A stretch of DNA of 63,307 nt, the filler included, from Basidiobolus ranarum (lineage: Eukaryota): the NCBI GenBank assembly GCA_040143965.1. It is 10 parts of 10 records of this genome, joined end to end, with 100 filler letters (N's around TTAATTAATTAA, not from the genome) between each part and the next. Parts side by side here need not be neighbours in the genome. Positions count along the whole stretch, not along the records: positions 1 to 6,255 come from JASJQH010008238.1; positions 6,356 to 12,608 come from JASJQH010008239.1; positions 12,709 to 18,958 come from JASJQH010008240.1; 7 more parts are not named here. One strand, given 5' to 3'. The notes below the pieces were generated by a model. The model had not been told where the DNA came from. It saw only the letters and a program-made list of their open reading frames with translations, and made no database searches. The position numbers and the translations under genes were made by a program. Of the stretch, positions 1-13,665 are shown piece after piece (within the stretch, counting starts at the first letter, position 1; every line of letters begins with the position of its first letter).

Positions 1-304
1 AATGGCAAAAAAAAGATATTTTCCGGGAGGTTGGTATATGTGCCAAAAATTGGATTAAAGACTTTTTTAGATCAGCATCACATCTGCAACAATACCCAAG
101 TAACATTATAATTACAAGCACTACATCATGTTCACAAATACAATGTGTCCTAACTGGGAAGCAGTAATTCATTTCAGTAAAATCATATGGAAGTAGCTGC
201 AATAATTCTGAAAAGAAGTCTTGAGTGTCTGTGTAAATTTGGATAAATAACCATGCATCAGAACCAACACTGATGCTACCTTCTAGCTACACCAAAGGTA
301 ATAA

Positions 305-1600
305 ACTGAAGAGAAATTTGAGCATTGTCATCACCAGAAAACCATCACAATTTTAATTCATTTGGGGTAGACTGTTTACTTACCAACATATTTTCATCAA
401 GCACTTTTTGAGGGTAGTCATTTTTTCTATTTCACATCTAAAATTTAAAGATCTGGAAAATAGTTGCACATGTTTAGCTAAAATAACAGAAAATTTTTGA
501 TTAACAAATATGTGAGATTTGTTACCCAAAGTTTGCATATTAACCATGTGAAAACTTATTTGTTACCTTGAAATCCCCAGTCTCTTTGATATATTGGTTG
601 AAGATTGTTCAACAGTACTACATACCCAAGGTTTTGCTCATATCCAACATGAGTCTGTATTAATATCTTCATCAAAGCCCACCATTATATCAAAGTTAGT
701 GAATCAACATTCTTCCAGCTATCTGGCAGATGCTCTGCACATTGTGCCACACCATATTATAGACTTGTTTGGAATGATCAATTTCAATCACATTTACTCT
801 AATATAATGACTCAAGGTCCAATAAATCCTGGCAAAAAGAACAAGTCCTATGTTCTACCCAGATATCTGCAGATTAAATACCATAGTGGATGTCAAGCTA
901 AATACTCTTCTTTTGATGCCACTTGCCACATACTAGCATTACATTTTTCCATCATAATTTTGTAAATTCTCTTCAAGCACTTTTACTCATTTTTACATTC
1001 TTATAGTGTGACACTGCTCAGTGTGCTTTGTGATGTTTGGGTGGCTTTTTGCTTGCCATTAAGTTTTGGGCTAATTTCAACACATTGAAAAGTGCCAGTT
1101 GAGGTTGGAGAGCTGTAAGTCTTTTTTCCTGCTCCTTAGCTTGTTGAGAGATGCCAGATGTCAGATAATCTTCCATCTATTGAGCTCTTCCAACTGATGG
1201 TCTTGGTTGCATGGAAAAATCAAGCCTTTTTAGCAACATATCTTTTAGTATATAACTCAGGAAATACAGGTTTTTATCATCATAAGAAGAAATTGGTCAG
1301 TGGGACAGTAGAACCAATAATCACTGGCTCCTTTACTTTTCTGGAGGACTACTAGCTTGCTGCTCCTTGAGTAAAGCTTTAGCTGCTTTTCATTATTTTC
1401 CAAATTAATGATTGAATACATTTTTGAGATGTTACATGAATAGACCTATGCTGGCCCAATTTCAATTTGCTTACAAGAATCTAGGATTTGCCACATTAAA
1501 TCAGTCAATAACCATCTGAGCAAAAGTTGAACACTGGTTTTTCAAGAATTAGCGTGAATTGAGACAATTTTGGGCAAATTTTTGCTCAGTTTCCAAAGAT
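305..1600 (-). mobile_element. Decayed copy of the unknown-ORF element (family U)
   Basis: Visible homology to 47232-49130 and 49136-50655 (e.g. AGAAATTTGAGCATT, TCATCAAAGCCCACCATT, TGGCTTTTTGCTTGCC, GGGACAGTAGA); many stops; boundaries approximate. Confidence 0.75.
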
Positions 1601-2048
1601 ATCCCATTTATAGGCAGTACTTGTTTTTCCTATTGGATTAGCTTTATAAAATACTATCCAATAATGTTCTTTTATTAAAAGTTGGGAAGGTCCAGAATCA
1701 ATAAACCTTGTTAGATAATCCTGGCTGGTGGCAATAAAGGAGCAGAGACAAACAAGTGCTCACTTTTTGTAATGTAATCTCTTAAACCACTTTACAGAGG
1801 ATAATGAATGTGATGTAGAAAAGAAATGAACATGAGAATTAGGGTTTTTGTCAACTTCAGTAATAACAAATTTTTGATTATATCCTATTTTAGTATTGTG
1901 TGTTAATTCTTGCTATAGCAAGTGATGGTTCTCTCAGCATGGAGAACAGTGTACCCAGAGATTGATATTCTATAATCATGGGTTATGATGAAAACTAGAT
2001 CCAGATTGTTATCTCTAATACCTGAATATTTATTTCTCACCTATTTTG

Positions 2049-2395
2049 TGTTGAGGTCATTGGAAGCCTATTGGAAGTGGATTAAAGAGATAGAGAAGTT
2101 GGTGCTTTTCACTTATTGATTTTTTGAGTTGGCAGTTAATAAAAAGAGTGTTGTCAAAATTTTAAAAAACTTATATGCACAATGTATTAAGGAAGATTCC
2201 AGGGACATGGGTTCAAAGGTTGGGGCTTCTAGCACAATTCTGAAATATCCGCATATATGAGAACTCCTAAGCTGGTGAGAGTATATTAAGCAAATTCCAA
2301 TTGGCAATAGTGTAATATTTTAGTGGAATATTATATAACTAAATACTAAGCTCAAGAAATGACTATATAGGTGTATTCCCATTCTAACTTTCAAC
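2049..2395 (-). mobile_element. Solo LTR, family A-related (Copia-type)
   Basis: TGTTGAGG...TTTCAAC flanked by TTTTG on both sides (2044-2048, 2396-2400); internal similarity to 28975-29303 (TTTTCACTTATTGATTT, GGGGCTTCTAGCACAA, GACTATATAGGTGT). Confidence 0.7.
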
Positions 2396-3849
2396 TTTTG
2401 TGCACAAATACTGGTTTTTTTAGGCATTAGCTAATAGTGTGCACTCCCACAGCAATGTTTATTTACAGCAAACCCCAATGTAGAATGTGAGTTGAAATAC
2501 CAGGATGAAATTGGCAAAAATTGCACTTGATATTGATTTGCAATTGGAATCCCATCATACTTCAGGATGAAAACTTATTTCTAACTGTGAAAAAGCAGAG
2601 TGTTGCTCACCCAATTTATTGCTATATCTATCATTGGTATAATACTTTTGTACAAAGATCTCACTTGTATTTGGATTAAGTTCACAGCACATAACAAAAA
2701 CACTTTAACTTTTGTTCAATATATTCTGATTAGATTTGGCCTCTCACAATATTTCATTGAGTTTACAGGCCAATTCTACTTGCTGATGCACCTTGGAAGT
2801 GAAGTACTCTTTAAGACCATATGAATGCCTTTTGATATTTTAGATGCTGACACCATGGGGGGTTGCTTCTGATTGCTCCAATGGTTGCATTACTGTTAGC
2901 AGTATTGCTGTAAATGTCTACACTTTCAAAAATTGAGAGTGCTAGCTGCTGACTGACAACTGTGACTCAGCTTGTGTTTTTCCTTAGGCTGCCTGGCATG
3001 GCCAAGATTTCTTTTTGTATGTAGATGTGGGGTATGTTTTGGTGATTGTCTTGATAGAGTATGTGTGCATGCTTCAATAGCATGCTACTTACCAATAGTA
3101 GTGTGGCTTGCTTATTGGATAGGTTCAGGAGTTATAACCTCTGGTAGCTCATTTAAGCACAGGATTATAAGCTCAGTCCAAATCTTTGTTCTAGCTTGCT
3201 TATACTCTCACACATTTTTAATAAGCTACATAAAAATGCCGATGGTTGCAGAGTGTTTATTTGGCTAGAATAAACCAGGTTAAGCCAGCTGAATATAGTC
3301 CATTAAAGACCATGTGACTCCTAGTCCCTGCTTGTTGCAGCTTTTCTTAAGATACATACAATCTCTGGCATGATTTTGAATGGCTTCCTTGTAACCTGCC
3401 CACTTGTCATGAGAATATTTGACCTGTCTCACATTTTTTGTGTCTTTTGCTTCAATGGTTGTCTTATGAGTGATATGCTTTCACTTGCCCATGCTGTTGC
3501 TAATTGTTTTGTGGTTTGATAAATGCCCCGTTATTCTATTAGATCAGATGCTTCTGAGGTACTTGAAGCAATGGATGTGGTTACCACTGTAGGCTAGCTG
3601 AAAATCCCACTTACAGTACCTTCCAATAGTTGCTTACTAACAATCTACTACCTATACCTCCGATTCAGCTATCTAGAGTTTTTACTCTTTTGCCTATCAT
3701 TCTGTTGTTATTTTATATATGCTGTACTGCTTTATTCATTTGGGTTGGGATATTTGTTGCAATCTCATTACCTTGTACCACCAAGAATCATAGGAGTGTA
3801 AAAGCATGTGGTGGCATTAGAGGTGCAACTCCATATTTAACAGTGATCT

Positions 3850-6255
3850 AATAGATAGTAATATTAATAAGCAATTACTACACATTTTTGAATGGCAGCA
3901 TTGAGTGCTAAATAAACAGAGTATGTATAAACTAACTACTGAATGATGAGTTGCTATTTACCTCATATCAACATGCCCACACAACTAACTATTTTGTATT
4001 TCACTTTGACCTTTCTTATATCTTAATGATTCAAGTTGTGCATTAGCTAAAGGTTTGGTCAACATGTCAGCAATCATTGCTTTAGTAGGGCAATAGAAAA
4101 GTTCAATTATATTGCTCTGGACTTGTTCCATGGTGCCAGGAATTATCAGACCTTGGTTCAGTATATTAGAGTAAATGTGATTGAAATTGAGCATGCAAGA
4201 GGGTGCTGGATAGTGCCAATTTGTGCCTCATAAATTTTAGAATACTTTATTCATTATGATATATACAGTACAATTAGCACTATCACAGACAACAAGTCCT
4301 CTCTATTGCTTCTCTAACAAGATGAAGCCTAATATTGATATGTCTTGTTCTAGCATGAAATTTAGGGTTTTTAGCTAATGAAATGAAACTTGGATTACTT
4401 GCAGATACAGAAATAGCACATTTTTTCATGTATCCTAAGTCAGTACCCAACTTGCTTACCCACCTAGCTTCTTGTGTAGTAGCAGAGGCAGCCATATACT
4501 CTGCTTTTGTAGTGGAAAGTGCTACAGTTAGTTGCTTCTTATTTTTCCAAGTTATGACTCCATGACCATAGAGAAAAGTGTACTCAGTTGTTGATTCTCT
4601 GTCATCCATGTTTCTTCCCCAATCTGCACCACTGTAGCTTTCAATATTTTGTGCCTCATGAGTGCCAGAGTATTCCCAAACTAGATCTACAGTTCCTCTC
4701 AAATACCTCTATATTTATTTTACCACAGTCTTGTACTCAGATCCTGGATTTTTAAGATATTGGAAGACAGTTCCCAAGGCCACAGTAAAATCTGGACATG
4801 TTCCAACCATTTTATAAGTTGATCTGCCTACCATGGACTGATAAGGGAACTTCTGGCTTTGATGTAATTCATTTTGGGCCAAATCTAATGAATTTTCACT
4901 AATTTGGCATTAGAATCTATTGGTGTTGATACAGGCTTAGTATTCTCCATGTTTAAGAGTTTTTCAATGTACAAGTGATATCTAGACTGATTCAGCATGA
5001 TTCAATGATTAGGTCTAGCTTTCTTGATTTGAATTCAAAGGGAATAACTATTTCACCCACATCGTTCATCTAAATTGGCTTACTAAGCTGCTTTTTATCT
5101 GATTAGGTGCTTCCAGATTATTTATGGCTATGATCAATTCATCTACATATAGTGCCAAGAAAAAGATCCTAATACTGGTTATTTTGATATAAATACTGTA
5201 ATTGGCTATTCATTGTTGGAATTTCTGTTATTCCAAATAGGTCTCTAACTTGTTGTATGCTGCCCTGGGTGCTTACATTTATGTATATAGCAATATATGT
5301 AGCTTACAGACCATATCAGGGTGTTTTATATCAACAAATACATCTAACAGCTCTATATAGATCACTTCTTGTAGAGTTCCATTCAAAAAGGCCGTTTTAC
5401 ATTTATTTGATGTAAATCAAGGTGTGCTAAGGTTTCACAAGCTTGGCTTTTGACTTTGTAGACTCATTGGCAGCCTATTGGCTTTCTTCTTGATGGCAGA
5501 GGACCTAAAATGCCTGCTTTCTTGTCCTGTAGTAAAGAAAACTCATCAGACTTTGTTTTATTCCCATATTTTTATTCTGTACTTTCCAATGCCTAAGCTT
5601 GAGTCTGTGTCTTGTCACAGACCACAGCATATGCACAGACATCATCAATGGCAGTGCTCAACTAGTTCCCCAGCTTACTCCTCCTTCTAGATGATCTTCA
5701 AGGCCTTCAACCATCCTCTGTAGTAATTGATGCTAGAAATTTGCTTGAGTTGAACTCCAATTCAGTGGGCATGTTGTCAGACACTTCCTGAATAGTGCTG
5801 ATTGTGTTTTCAAAAAGTCTGCGGGCCCTATATCCATCATAGTAACCAAGATATATGCATTTGCTGCTTTTGGGTTGCAGTTTGGAGTGTTGTAGAGCTG
5901 GAATTAGGTGATATGCTGTGCAACCCAAGATCCTGAGATTGTCCACACTTGGTTGTGAACCATAAAGGACTTCAAATGGAGTAGAATTTTGTAGCAATCT
6001 TGTTGTGCATTTGTCCTTACTATTATCTCCAGTGGAGATATACCAAGCCCAATATTGATAATCTAACTCTCAATCATGTAACATTGATATGCCATCCCTG
6101 CTATGGTCCTATTGGCAAGCTTTGCAACTTCATTTTTCTGCGGAGTATCAGGTACAGTAGTTTGTTGCTTAATTCCATGTTTAGAACAATAACTGGTATA
6201 GCTTTGGAGCAGTAGTCTCCATCATGTTCACTCCTTGGTAGTATTATTTTTTGTA
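3850..6255 (-). mobile_element. Decayed Ty1/Copia retrotransposon (integrase end, RT, RNase H, PPT, partial 3' LTR family B)
   Basis: Minus-strand fragments include TPFEVLYGSQPSVDNLRILGCTAY and KLQPKSSKCIYLGY, RNase H YSGADWG...VALSTTKAEYMA...HINIRLHLVRE and MIADMLTKPL; order is IN-RT-RH; cut by the contig end. Confidence 0.9.
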
Positions 6256-6355
6256 NNNNNNNNNNNNNNNNNNNNNNNNNNNNNNNNNNNNNNNNNNNNT
6301 TAATTAATTAANNNNNNNNNNNNNNNNNNNNNNNNNNNNNNNNNNNNNNNNNNNN
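6256..6355. other. Artificial contig linker (44 N + TTAATTAATTAA + 44 N); identical linkers at 12609, 18959, 25304, 31648, 37991, 44326, 50656 and 56984
   Basis: Nine identical 100-bp spacers with stops in all six frames; the intervening contig lengths decrease monotonically. Confidence 0.98.
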
Positions 6356-6597
6356 AATTTAAAACCAAATTTATATTTTGGTTCGAAACTTTTCTAAAAC
6401 TTTTTAAAAATTTATTTCGCAAAATATTATTTTAAAACTCGAATTAGAACTTGATTTAGATCCAATATACTGATTTTTTTCCCTTTTTCTCCTACAATTT
6501 ATTTGTTCAATACGCTTATAGCTATATTTTACTTTTTAACTTGAGCGCGTATCCTCGATATTTACCTTCTCGTGTTGAGCCAGAATTACTAAAAAAT

Positions 6598-7885
6598 ATG
6601 GGTTTATTTGACGAAGTATTGGACCTTAAGAAGGAATTGAAACAAGCCATGGAAACCTCCAGTTTCTCGGTGAGAATATAACTCGCTAATGCTTCATTTT
6701 ATATTCTCCTTCTAACCAATGCTTTGTAACTTTTTTGGTGATTCGGTATAACAGGACGCCCTTGATACACTGAATAAACTTGAAAAAATCCCAGCTACTG
6801 AAGATCTTCTGAAGGTATTTCTATTTTTTCTTCCAAAATAACGATATTCTCTTTCTTACCGCTTTTTATCCCTGGTTCCTTCATATCAGAAAACGGAGAT
6901 CGGCTTATTTGTTGGGAAACTAAGAAGCAACCATAGTGCGGAAGTCGCTAAAGCAGCCAAGGAAGTGGTCAAGAAATGGAAAACCGATGTTGTAAGCAAG
7001 GGTAAACAAGAGAAAACCTCTAGACCTTCCTCGCCTATCCAAAAGAAATCAGTAGAGGAGAGACCAAAGAGTAAGTAATCCTCTTTTAATATACTTGTTA
7101 TTGAATTTGTTGGAGAATACTAACGGACTTGCAACATCATTTAGTCGTTACCAAAACTGCTGCTTCTACTCCAACTTCTCAAAGATCTGCTAGCCCAAAA
7201 ACTCCCAAAGATGACAAGGAGAGAACGGTGGCAACTGATAGAGTCACCTTAAAATCCACAGGGAACAAAGCGAGAGATAAGTGCGCAGAAATGATTTATG
7301 CTGCACTTGCTACTAACAGTGATGCCGGTTAGTATACATCTCATTTGATTCACTTCGTATGATTACATGGGCAAGGTTGTTAATTTTCTTTTTAGACTCA
7401 GAGATCATCAGCACCACTGCTACCAATATCGAAAAGAACGTGTTCGGAGAATTTGAAGCGGTTGATTCCAAATACAAGGCAAAGATGAGATCCCTCTACT
7501 TGAACTTGAAAGATCGTAATAATCCTAGTTTGAGAGCCAATGTTTTGAATGGGGAAATCACTGTTGAAAGATTATGCACCATGTCCACCGCCGATATGGC
7601 TTCAGAGGAGAGAAAAGCTCAAGACCGTGCTATCCACGAAGAGAATCTATTTAAAACACGCGGTGCAGGCCCTACTGCAGCTGAAACGGATGCTTTCAAA
7701 TGTGGTAAATGTGGCGGAAGAAAGTGTACTTACTTCCAAATGCAAACAAGATCTGCTGATGAACCGATGACTACGTTTGTTACTTGTACGATATGTGAAA
7801 ATAAGTGGAAGGTAAGTTCTGCCACGCTTTAATTTATAACGCTATCCATGTATTCATGTTCCTCTTTTATTTTTAGTTCTGTTAA
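6598..7885 (+). CDS. DST1: Transcription elongation factor S-II (TFIIS), 6 exons
   Basis: Exons approx. 6598-6669, 6755-6814, 6890-7069, 7145-7327, 7396-7811 and 7877-7885, with GT-AG introns. N-domain TEIGLFVGKLR...VKKWK, central domain YKAKMRSLYLNLKD, zinc ribbon CGKC...[27 protein letters not shown]. Confidence 0.96.
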
Positions 7886-8254
7886 GTTTGATCCCTCGCC
7901 TATTCCGACATTACAAGCAAATATTGAGGAATGGTGGATACTTCAATCGCTCTCCAATTAGTTATTGCTAAAACGAATAGCTAGTTTATAGAAAACGCCC
8001 AAGACTTTGGTTGTTCATTCTCAGAGGAATCTTTGGCTTTGTTTATACTTGGTGTGACTCTTCTCACATTTTACTCAGTAAAATATTTTGACATAAATAA
8101 TAATAAAAACGAATTAAAAGAAAAAATGGCAACCACTCTATGATTCTTCAATTTTCATTTTATATGATTAGTATTGGTACGCATTTAACAAGTGAAATGT
8201 AGAAACATTTACAAAAGTGCACTTATATGGAATATATACTGTCCTGCAATAGCA

Positions 8255-8776
8255 TTAATGTCTGTCTTTCTCTTTAACAATGATCAATGGCATAGGTAGA
8301 TGATGTGCACAATAATCACTAACACTTCCCAATAGTGCTCTCTTGAGGGTTCCCAAACCACGAGAGCCCATGATTACTAGATCTGCTTTCAATTCAACGG
8401 ATTTACGTACAATTTCATCTCTAGCGTCACCACGCATGGCGATGGCCTTGCAGGGGATGTTCTTTTTTCTCAACATGTGCGCGTATTCCATGAGTAGTCG
8501 GTGACTACCGTCTCGATATTGATCTTCGATAGTGGTGGCATACTCACCCATATCTACATAGCCGGTTCCAAAAGCACCACTGCTAACATACATAGGACGT
8601 ACATGGGCGAGTACCACGATATCACTCTTTGGTCTTAGGAAGTTATCAATAGACCAGCTAACGGCATATTTACTACTAGAGGATTCGTCAATTGGTATAA
8701 CCACTATACGGTTGGTTTCTGGTGTATGTTCATCTTGGTGAACAACTTGGTCGTGAATCGCTGTTTCTGAACTCAT
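8255..8776 (-). CDS. Universal stress protein (UspA family)
   Basis: RIVVIPIDESSSSKYAV...GDARDEIV...ADLVIMGSRGLGTLKRALLGSVSDYCAHH USP signature; intact ORF. Confidence 0.93.
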   Translation of the reverse strand: MSSETAIHDQVVHQDEHTPETNRIVVIPIDESSSSKYAVSWSIDNFLRPKSDIVVLAHVRPMYVSSGAFGTGYVDMGEYATTIEDQYRDGSHRLLMEYAHMLRKKNIPCKAIAMRGDARDEIVRKSVELKADLVIMGSRGLGTLKRALLGSVSDYCAHHLPMPLIIVKEKDRH

Positions 8777-9499
8777 CTAAAGGTTTAATGGTTATTAGTA
8801 GTAATAGTGACGGTAATGGAAATTGTGAACCACAACTCTAGAATAATATGGGATTTATGAACCGGTATTTGGTGCATATTCTTATATACTGGAGAAGCGT
8901 GTGAAATCTTTTAAACCAATCTGGGTTTTCTGTGTAACGTAAAACACAACAAGATAAGATCCAGGGCCTGGATTCTCAAGAGCACTGTGCCTCCTAAAGT
9001 CTATGATTCGCGTTAGGTTGCTTTTCCCAATACTTTGACTGTTCTCTATCATATGTTAAGGGTCGATCCAGATCTTTATCATCAATGTATTGGGCAGATT
9101 GGCATAATTCTACAAAAACCACATGGGATCCGACCGCGGATCTCATATATTTCTGTTCAGCTAGGTCACACGCCAAAAACAATAGCCAATAGCCCAAATT
9201 TTGACATCATTTTTGGCTGCGAAGTCATATGCGGATGGCATGGGCTGCTCATCTTCATACAACCCCACGTCAATTCCCGGGGTCTAGTTAATCATTGCAT
9301 ATTCTACAGCCAAATGTTTGTCTGTAAAGAAGGTCTAACCAGGGTGTAATAGATCAAGCCATATGATTCAGTCGATTGAGGTTTATTTTTACATTCAATT
9401 GATTGTTGGGTGCTCTGGTGCACTGAAAAGGTAGATAAGCGATGATTTAATGAAATAGTGAGAGTGGCACGGGAAATAGTATAGCAAAGGATAAGGGTT

Positions 9500-11203
9500 T
9501 TACATCTTTGCTCCAAATGCTTTGGCTACTTTGAGACTCTGTCTCATACCTAAATCGAGCATGATCTCCTCAGAGCCGCCTGGAATGGCGTACGCTCTTA
9601 CTTCGCGATACAAACGTTCAATCTTTTCACCTTGACCACCGCGAGTATATGAGAGTCCACCGAATATCTGCGCAGCTTCACGTGCACAGAATTCAAATGT
9701 CTGTGTGCTCTGTGCCTTAAGAAGGGCAATTGGCCCTCCAAGAGCAAGCATTTGCATGTCTTTGGGCATCTCCCGGGTCATATTTATTAACGACTCCATC
9801 CATGCGTGGACTGCTTCAATTTTCCCAGCCATTCTGGCGCATTTGTCGCGGATAACTGGATGTTCAATCAATTTCTTACCAAAGGTCTTACGCTTATTGG
9901 CATATTTGATGGACTCTTCGAGACACACCCGTGAGAATCGGGATGCTTGTATGGCAATGCCCATTCGTTCGTGGTTGAAATTGTACATAATGTATTTGAA
10001 TCCTTTGTTTTCCTTTCCAACCAGATTGCTTTTGGGAACCTTAACATCCTCAAAGGTGATATAGGTTGTGCCCGAGCACCAAACTCCGGAGCAGAGCATT
10101 TGTCTAGTTGTAACGCCTGGCATTGAGCGCTCAATCAGTAGTAAAGAGACACCACCCATGCCTTCACCACCAGTTCTAACCGCAACTGTGAAGTAATCTG
10201 CCCAAACTCCATTTGTGATCCATTTCTTCTCTCCATTGACAATATAATGTTCACCATCATCAGTGAGCTTGGCTTCACATCGGATATTGGCTACATCACT
10301 GCCGGCATATGGCTCAGTAATTGCCAAACAAATAAATTTCTCCCCAGATAGGCAACCTGGGGCAACCTTTCGCTTAAGCTCCTCAGATGCAAAATTGAGA
10401 ATTGGTGGGAGACCAATGCCTAATCCACCCATGACACCCCACAATACACCACCACTTCCACATCTAGACATCTCATCGCAAAGGATGAATTCGTGGAAAG
10501 GATCAAACTCCTCCGGAGTCACATTACCAATTATATTCTGAGTGCAGGCATACTCTGATGGGTAAGGTCCAACCACACCGGCAAGAATACCAGCCTTGGC
10601 AAGTTTCACATACAAATCTTTGGGGATAGATTTGGCTTCATCCCATTCGTGAGTAAATGGCATAATTTCCTTTTCAACAAACTCACGAACAGCAGCTCTC
10701 ATACGTTTGTGACTGTCATTGTAGTAGGGACTAGGAGAATAATACCAAGAAGGGTCACCAAATGGTACCAGTTCACCAAAGTATTCAGGATTCATTTCGG
10801 AGGAAGAAGTGGGTGCCTTCTCTGTTACGGTTGCACCATCACCCACGCTGCCAACTAAGAGCTTAGGTCCCCATTGATCAAGAATTGCCTTGTTATGGAA
10901 ATTATCGAATTGCTTAGAGGCATCGGTACCAGCAACACGAATGAGAACCTAATTTCCAGAAACATTAGAAACAAGGATTCCCTTAGAAGGGTGATTATAA
11001 GACTATGCTCACCTTTTTACCACCAGGATGCTCATTCAGAAAGTTGCTAAGATCGTAAACCTAGAAGCAATCAGAATTGTTAGTATTACTACAATTTTCA
11101 AATCATCTTTGGCCAACACCAGTACCTTGCCATGAACAATGATCCAACAGTCCTGTTCGCTATTGTGCTTTTGAACGTCTTGTACAGTGAAGGATTTGCC
11201 CAT
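9500..11203 (-). CDS. Acyl-CoA dehydrogenase with N-terminal cytochrome b5-like domain, 3 exons
   Basis: Exons 11203-11126, 11060-11013 and 10948-9500. The b5 part reads [49 protein letters not shown]. ACAD motifs CLAITEPYAGSDVA, NGEKKWITNG, QIFGGLSY and IPGGSEEIM. Confidence 0.95.
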
Positions 11204-12708
11204 TGTTTGAAGAGTGAACGACTATTTAGATCACAAGAAGTAAGGGTTTTAATAGAAACAAAAGAGATAAAGATGATTAGCTCAAGGATAAGAAAGCTCA
11301 GAAGCAAAGGGTTGGGTTAAATATTGCCTCATCGGTTGACTGCTTCTCACATCTCCTCACGTGAACCGCGCAGCAATTAAGCATTCATTCCTCCCTTCCA
11401 AACTGCAAGATGAGTAGTTGAATTGTTGTGGGGAGCCAGACTAATTTCACGTGAGGATCATGTAATATGGTCGATCTCTATTCAGGGGGTTAGAGGTAAT
11501 CGAATAATAAAAATCAACGGAATTGCCAGACCGTTTGTAGTGTTGTGTTTATTTGTAGCTTGAATAATCATGGCAATCGCAAAATATAGTAAGGGCTGAG
11601 ATCCAGGCTTTTCTGTAACGAATACCTGAGCAACAACAATCTGGATTTCATTGCCACTGGAAATGGATACATGTGGGACATAAAAATTGACTGTCACATT
11701 CCTCATTTCATTTGGAACCAGTATGTGGCCAACCACATTAGGATTAAATATCCATTTATGCTCTAATCTAACTCTTCACATGTGACGCTATACATTGGAA
11801 TGCTAGTGGTATGGATCACGTATGCTGACGAGTACACCTTGCGAAGTTAGTGATAGTATGAGTGAGAGTAGCCTTGAAGTTATCTGCAGTCTACGTAGTT
11901 CGTTTCGCTTGGGAATGCATGAGCTTTAATGTCCATTCATTTAGGGTGCCGGGGTAACTGTTAAGTGTTGGCAATCCCTTGGTTTTAGGAACAATTGATG
12001 AAAATGCTTTCCAAACACTCAGGATGTTACCCAAACCATATGAAAATCAGGGAGAGCATTTAGTCTTATGATCCATTGTTACTACAACAGTCCATCGTAC
12101 GTTCAGCGGTGTACGCAGCCAAAATCAGCATCAGTGAAGCTTTTTGCAAGCGTGACCTTGCAAGCATTTAGGCTGACTAAACAGAAACCTGCTGTCTCGA
12201 AACCTAACCAAAATGCGAATCAGCTTTGTTTCATTCAATAGGGATCAATCTACTTGTTTGACCATTGGTGCTCGATTTCTGATGGATTCAGTGATTCGTA
12301 ACTTTGAAGTAATGCCACCATTACATGTATATACGTGGCCAACTTGCATCAGATCTGAATTAAAATTTGAGTGCTAGAATTAGGGGCGAATTCAATCTTT
12401 TACAGTGTTTTAATCTAAAATGAGAGTAATTAAAGAAATCAATTAGATATTTCATAAAATCAATGGGACGATCGCAAAAAATTCGAGATAAGCTCAGACA
12501 CCTGGCAAAAGAAAAAGGGTTCAAAGACTTACTCTGTATCAAATGTTTAGTGAGGCGATAACAACACAGAATTATTTAGTTTTTTCGTTAGTCGACTGCT
12601 GCTAGCTGNNNNNNNNNNNNNNNNNNNNNNNNNNNNNNNNNNNNNNNNNNNNTTAATTAATTAANNNNNNNNNNNNNNNNNNNNNNNNNNNNNNNNNNNN
12701 NNNNNNNN

Positions 12709-13665
12709 GTAAGTACCTCTATAATTGGACTAATTTGCTTGTGTGATAATCTGATGATATTTTTAGGAAAGCTGCAAGACAGACTTCTTGGTGAGATAGA
12801 TGAGGATATGCAGTATCATTGTTATAGCCATGGGGTAATCTATTCAGGCAATGACACATCTACTTATGGCGGGACATTTGTTGACTGCATGTTGGGGATA
12901 TATAGGCTGAATTCATGATGGAAATTTGCCAAAATCCAAGAGCTTATTCTCATTGTGAATTGTATCAAGAGTCAGCTATTTGCCAAGTGTCAGTGCTATT
13001 CAAAATTTCAGATGTTTAGCATTTTTCCACCATTAGTTTGCTGGTAAAGCATATTGAAGTTGTTGAGTTATGTCTAATAAGTCATGTATGTGCATATGTA
13101 GAGACTAAACACAACAAGATTCTTGTATTTTTTGATTCTCATTATGGCTGGAGTACAAAGCATAAAATATCTGAATAAAGGCATGCATATTAATTAAAAT
13201 TACTACAGCAGTAAACCCAGTAATTTGCCATTCAAAAATTATATTTTGCAAAATTGCCAGATATTGATTAGCACATGCAAAATTTGAGGATCAATATTTT
13301 AACATGTATGAATACTGTCAAAATACCCTCAAGAAACTGCAGTCACACCATCAAAATCCCTGGCAGAATGCAAGCCACCAATATTGTGATGGTTCTCTGA
13401 CAGTTTTGCTCTTTTGGAGAGTAGATCCAATCCAGATCAAATCACTTTTATTTCTGTTAGGGAATGGTATAAGAGTCATATTATGTTTATACTATCCATC
13501 ATATCTGGACTTGAATAACCAGTGCTCATAGATAGCTTCTTGGAGCCTTTGATTGCAGCATTTGAACAGTTATCTAATAGGGTTCAGATGGGTGAATATT
13601 TTATTAAAGCTAATATTGTTGTATGTATTGGTGACACTCCTGCCATCAGGAAACTTAGCTAGATA
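12709..13665 (+). mobile_element. Decayed CACTA/En-Spm-type transposase remnant
   Basis: ANIVVCIGDTPAIRKL at ~13609-13657 is homologous to 55190-55260; 12709-12830 matches the reverse of 46000-46125. Confidence 0.7.

Noticed and set aside
1620-3850. Possible transposase/LINE remnants (e.g. YDGIPI...QFLPI on the minus strand near 2510-2565)
   Set aside because: A single weak motif is not enough to assign a family.
6300-6311. Regularly spaced TTAATTAATTAA palindrome as a biological repeat
   Set aside because: It is always centred in N runs, so it is a six-frame-stop assembly linker.
7129-7832. ORFs 7129-7332 and 7359-7832 as separate genes
   Set aside because: They are exons of the single spliced TFIIS gene; the same applies to the DPH1 and forkhead ORF fragments.
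9705-10858. Several + strand ORFs overlapping the acyl-CoA dehydrogenase
   Set aside because: Antisense shadows with no recognisable motifs.
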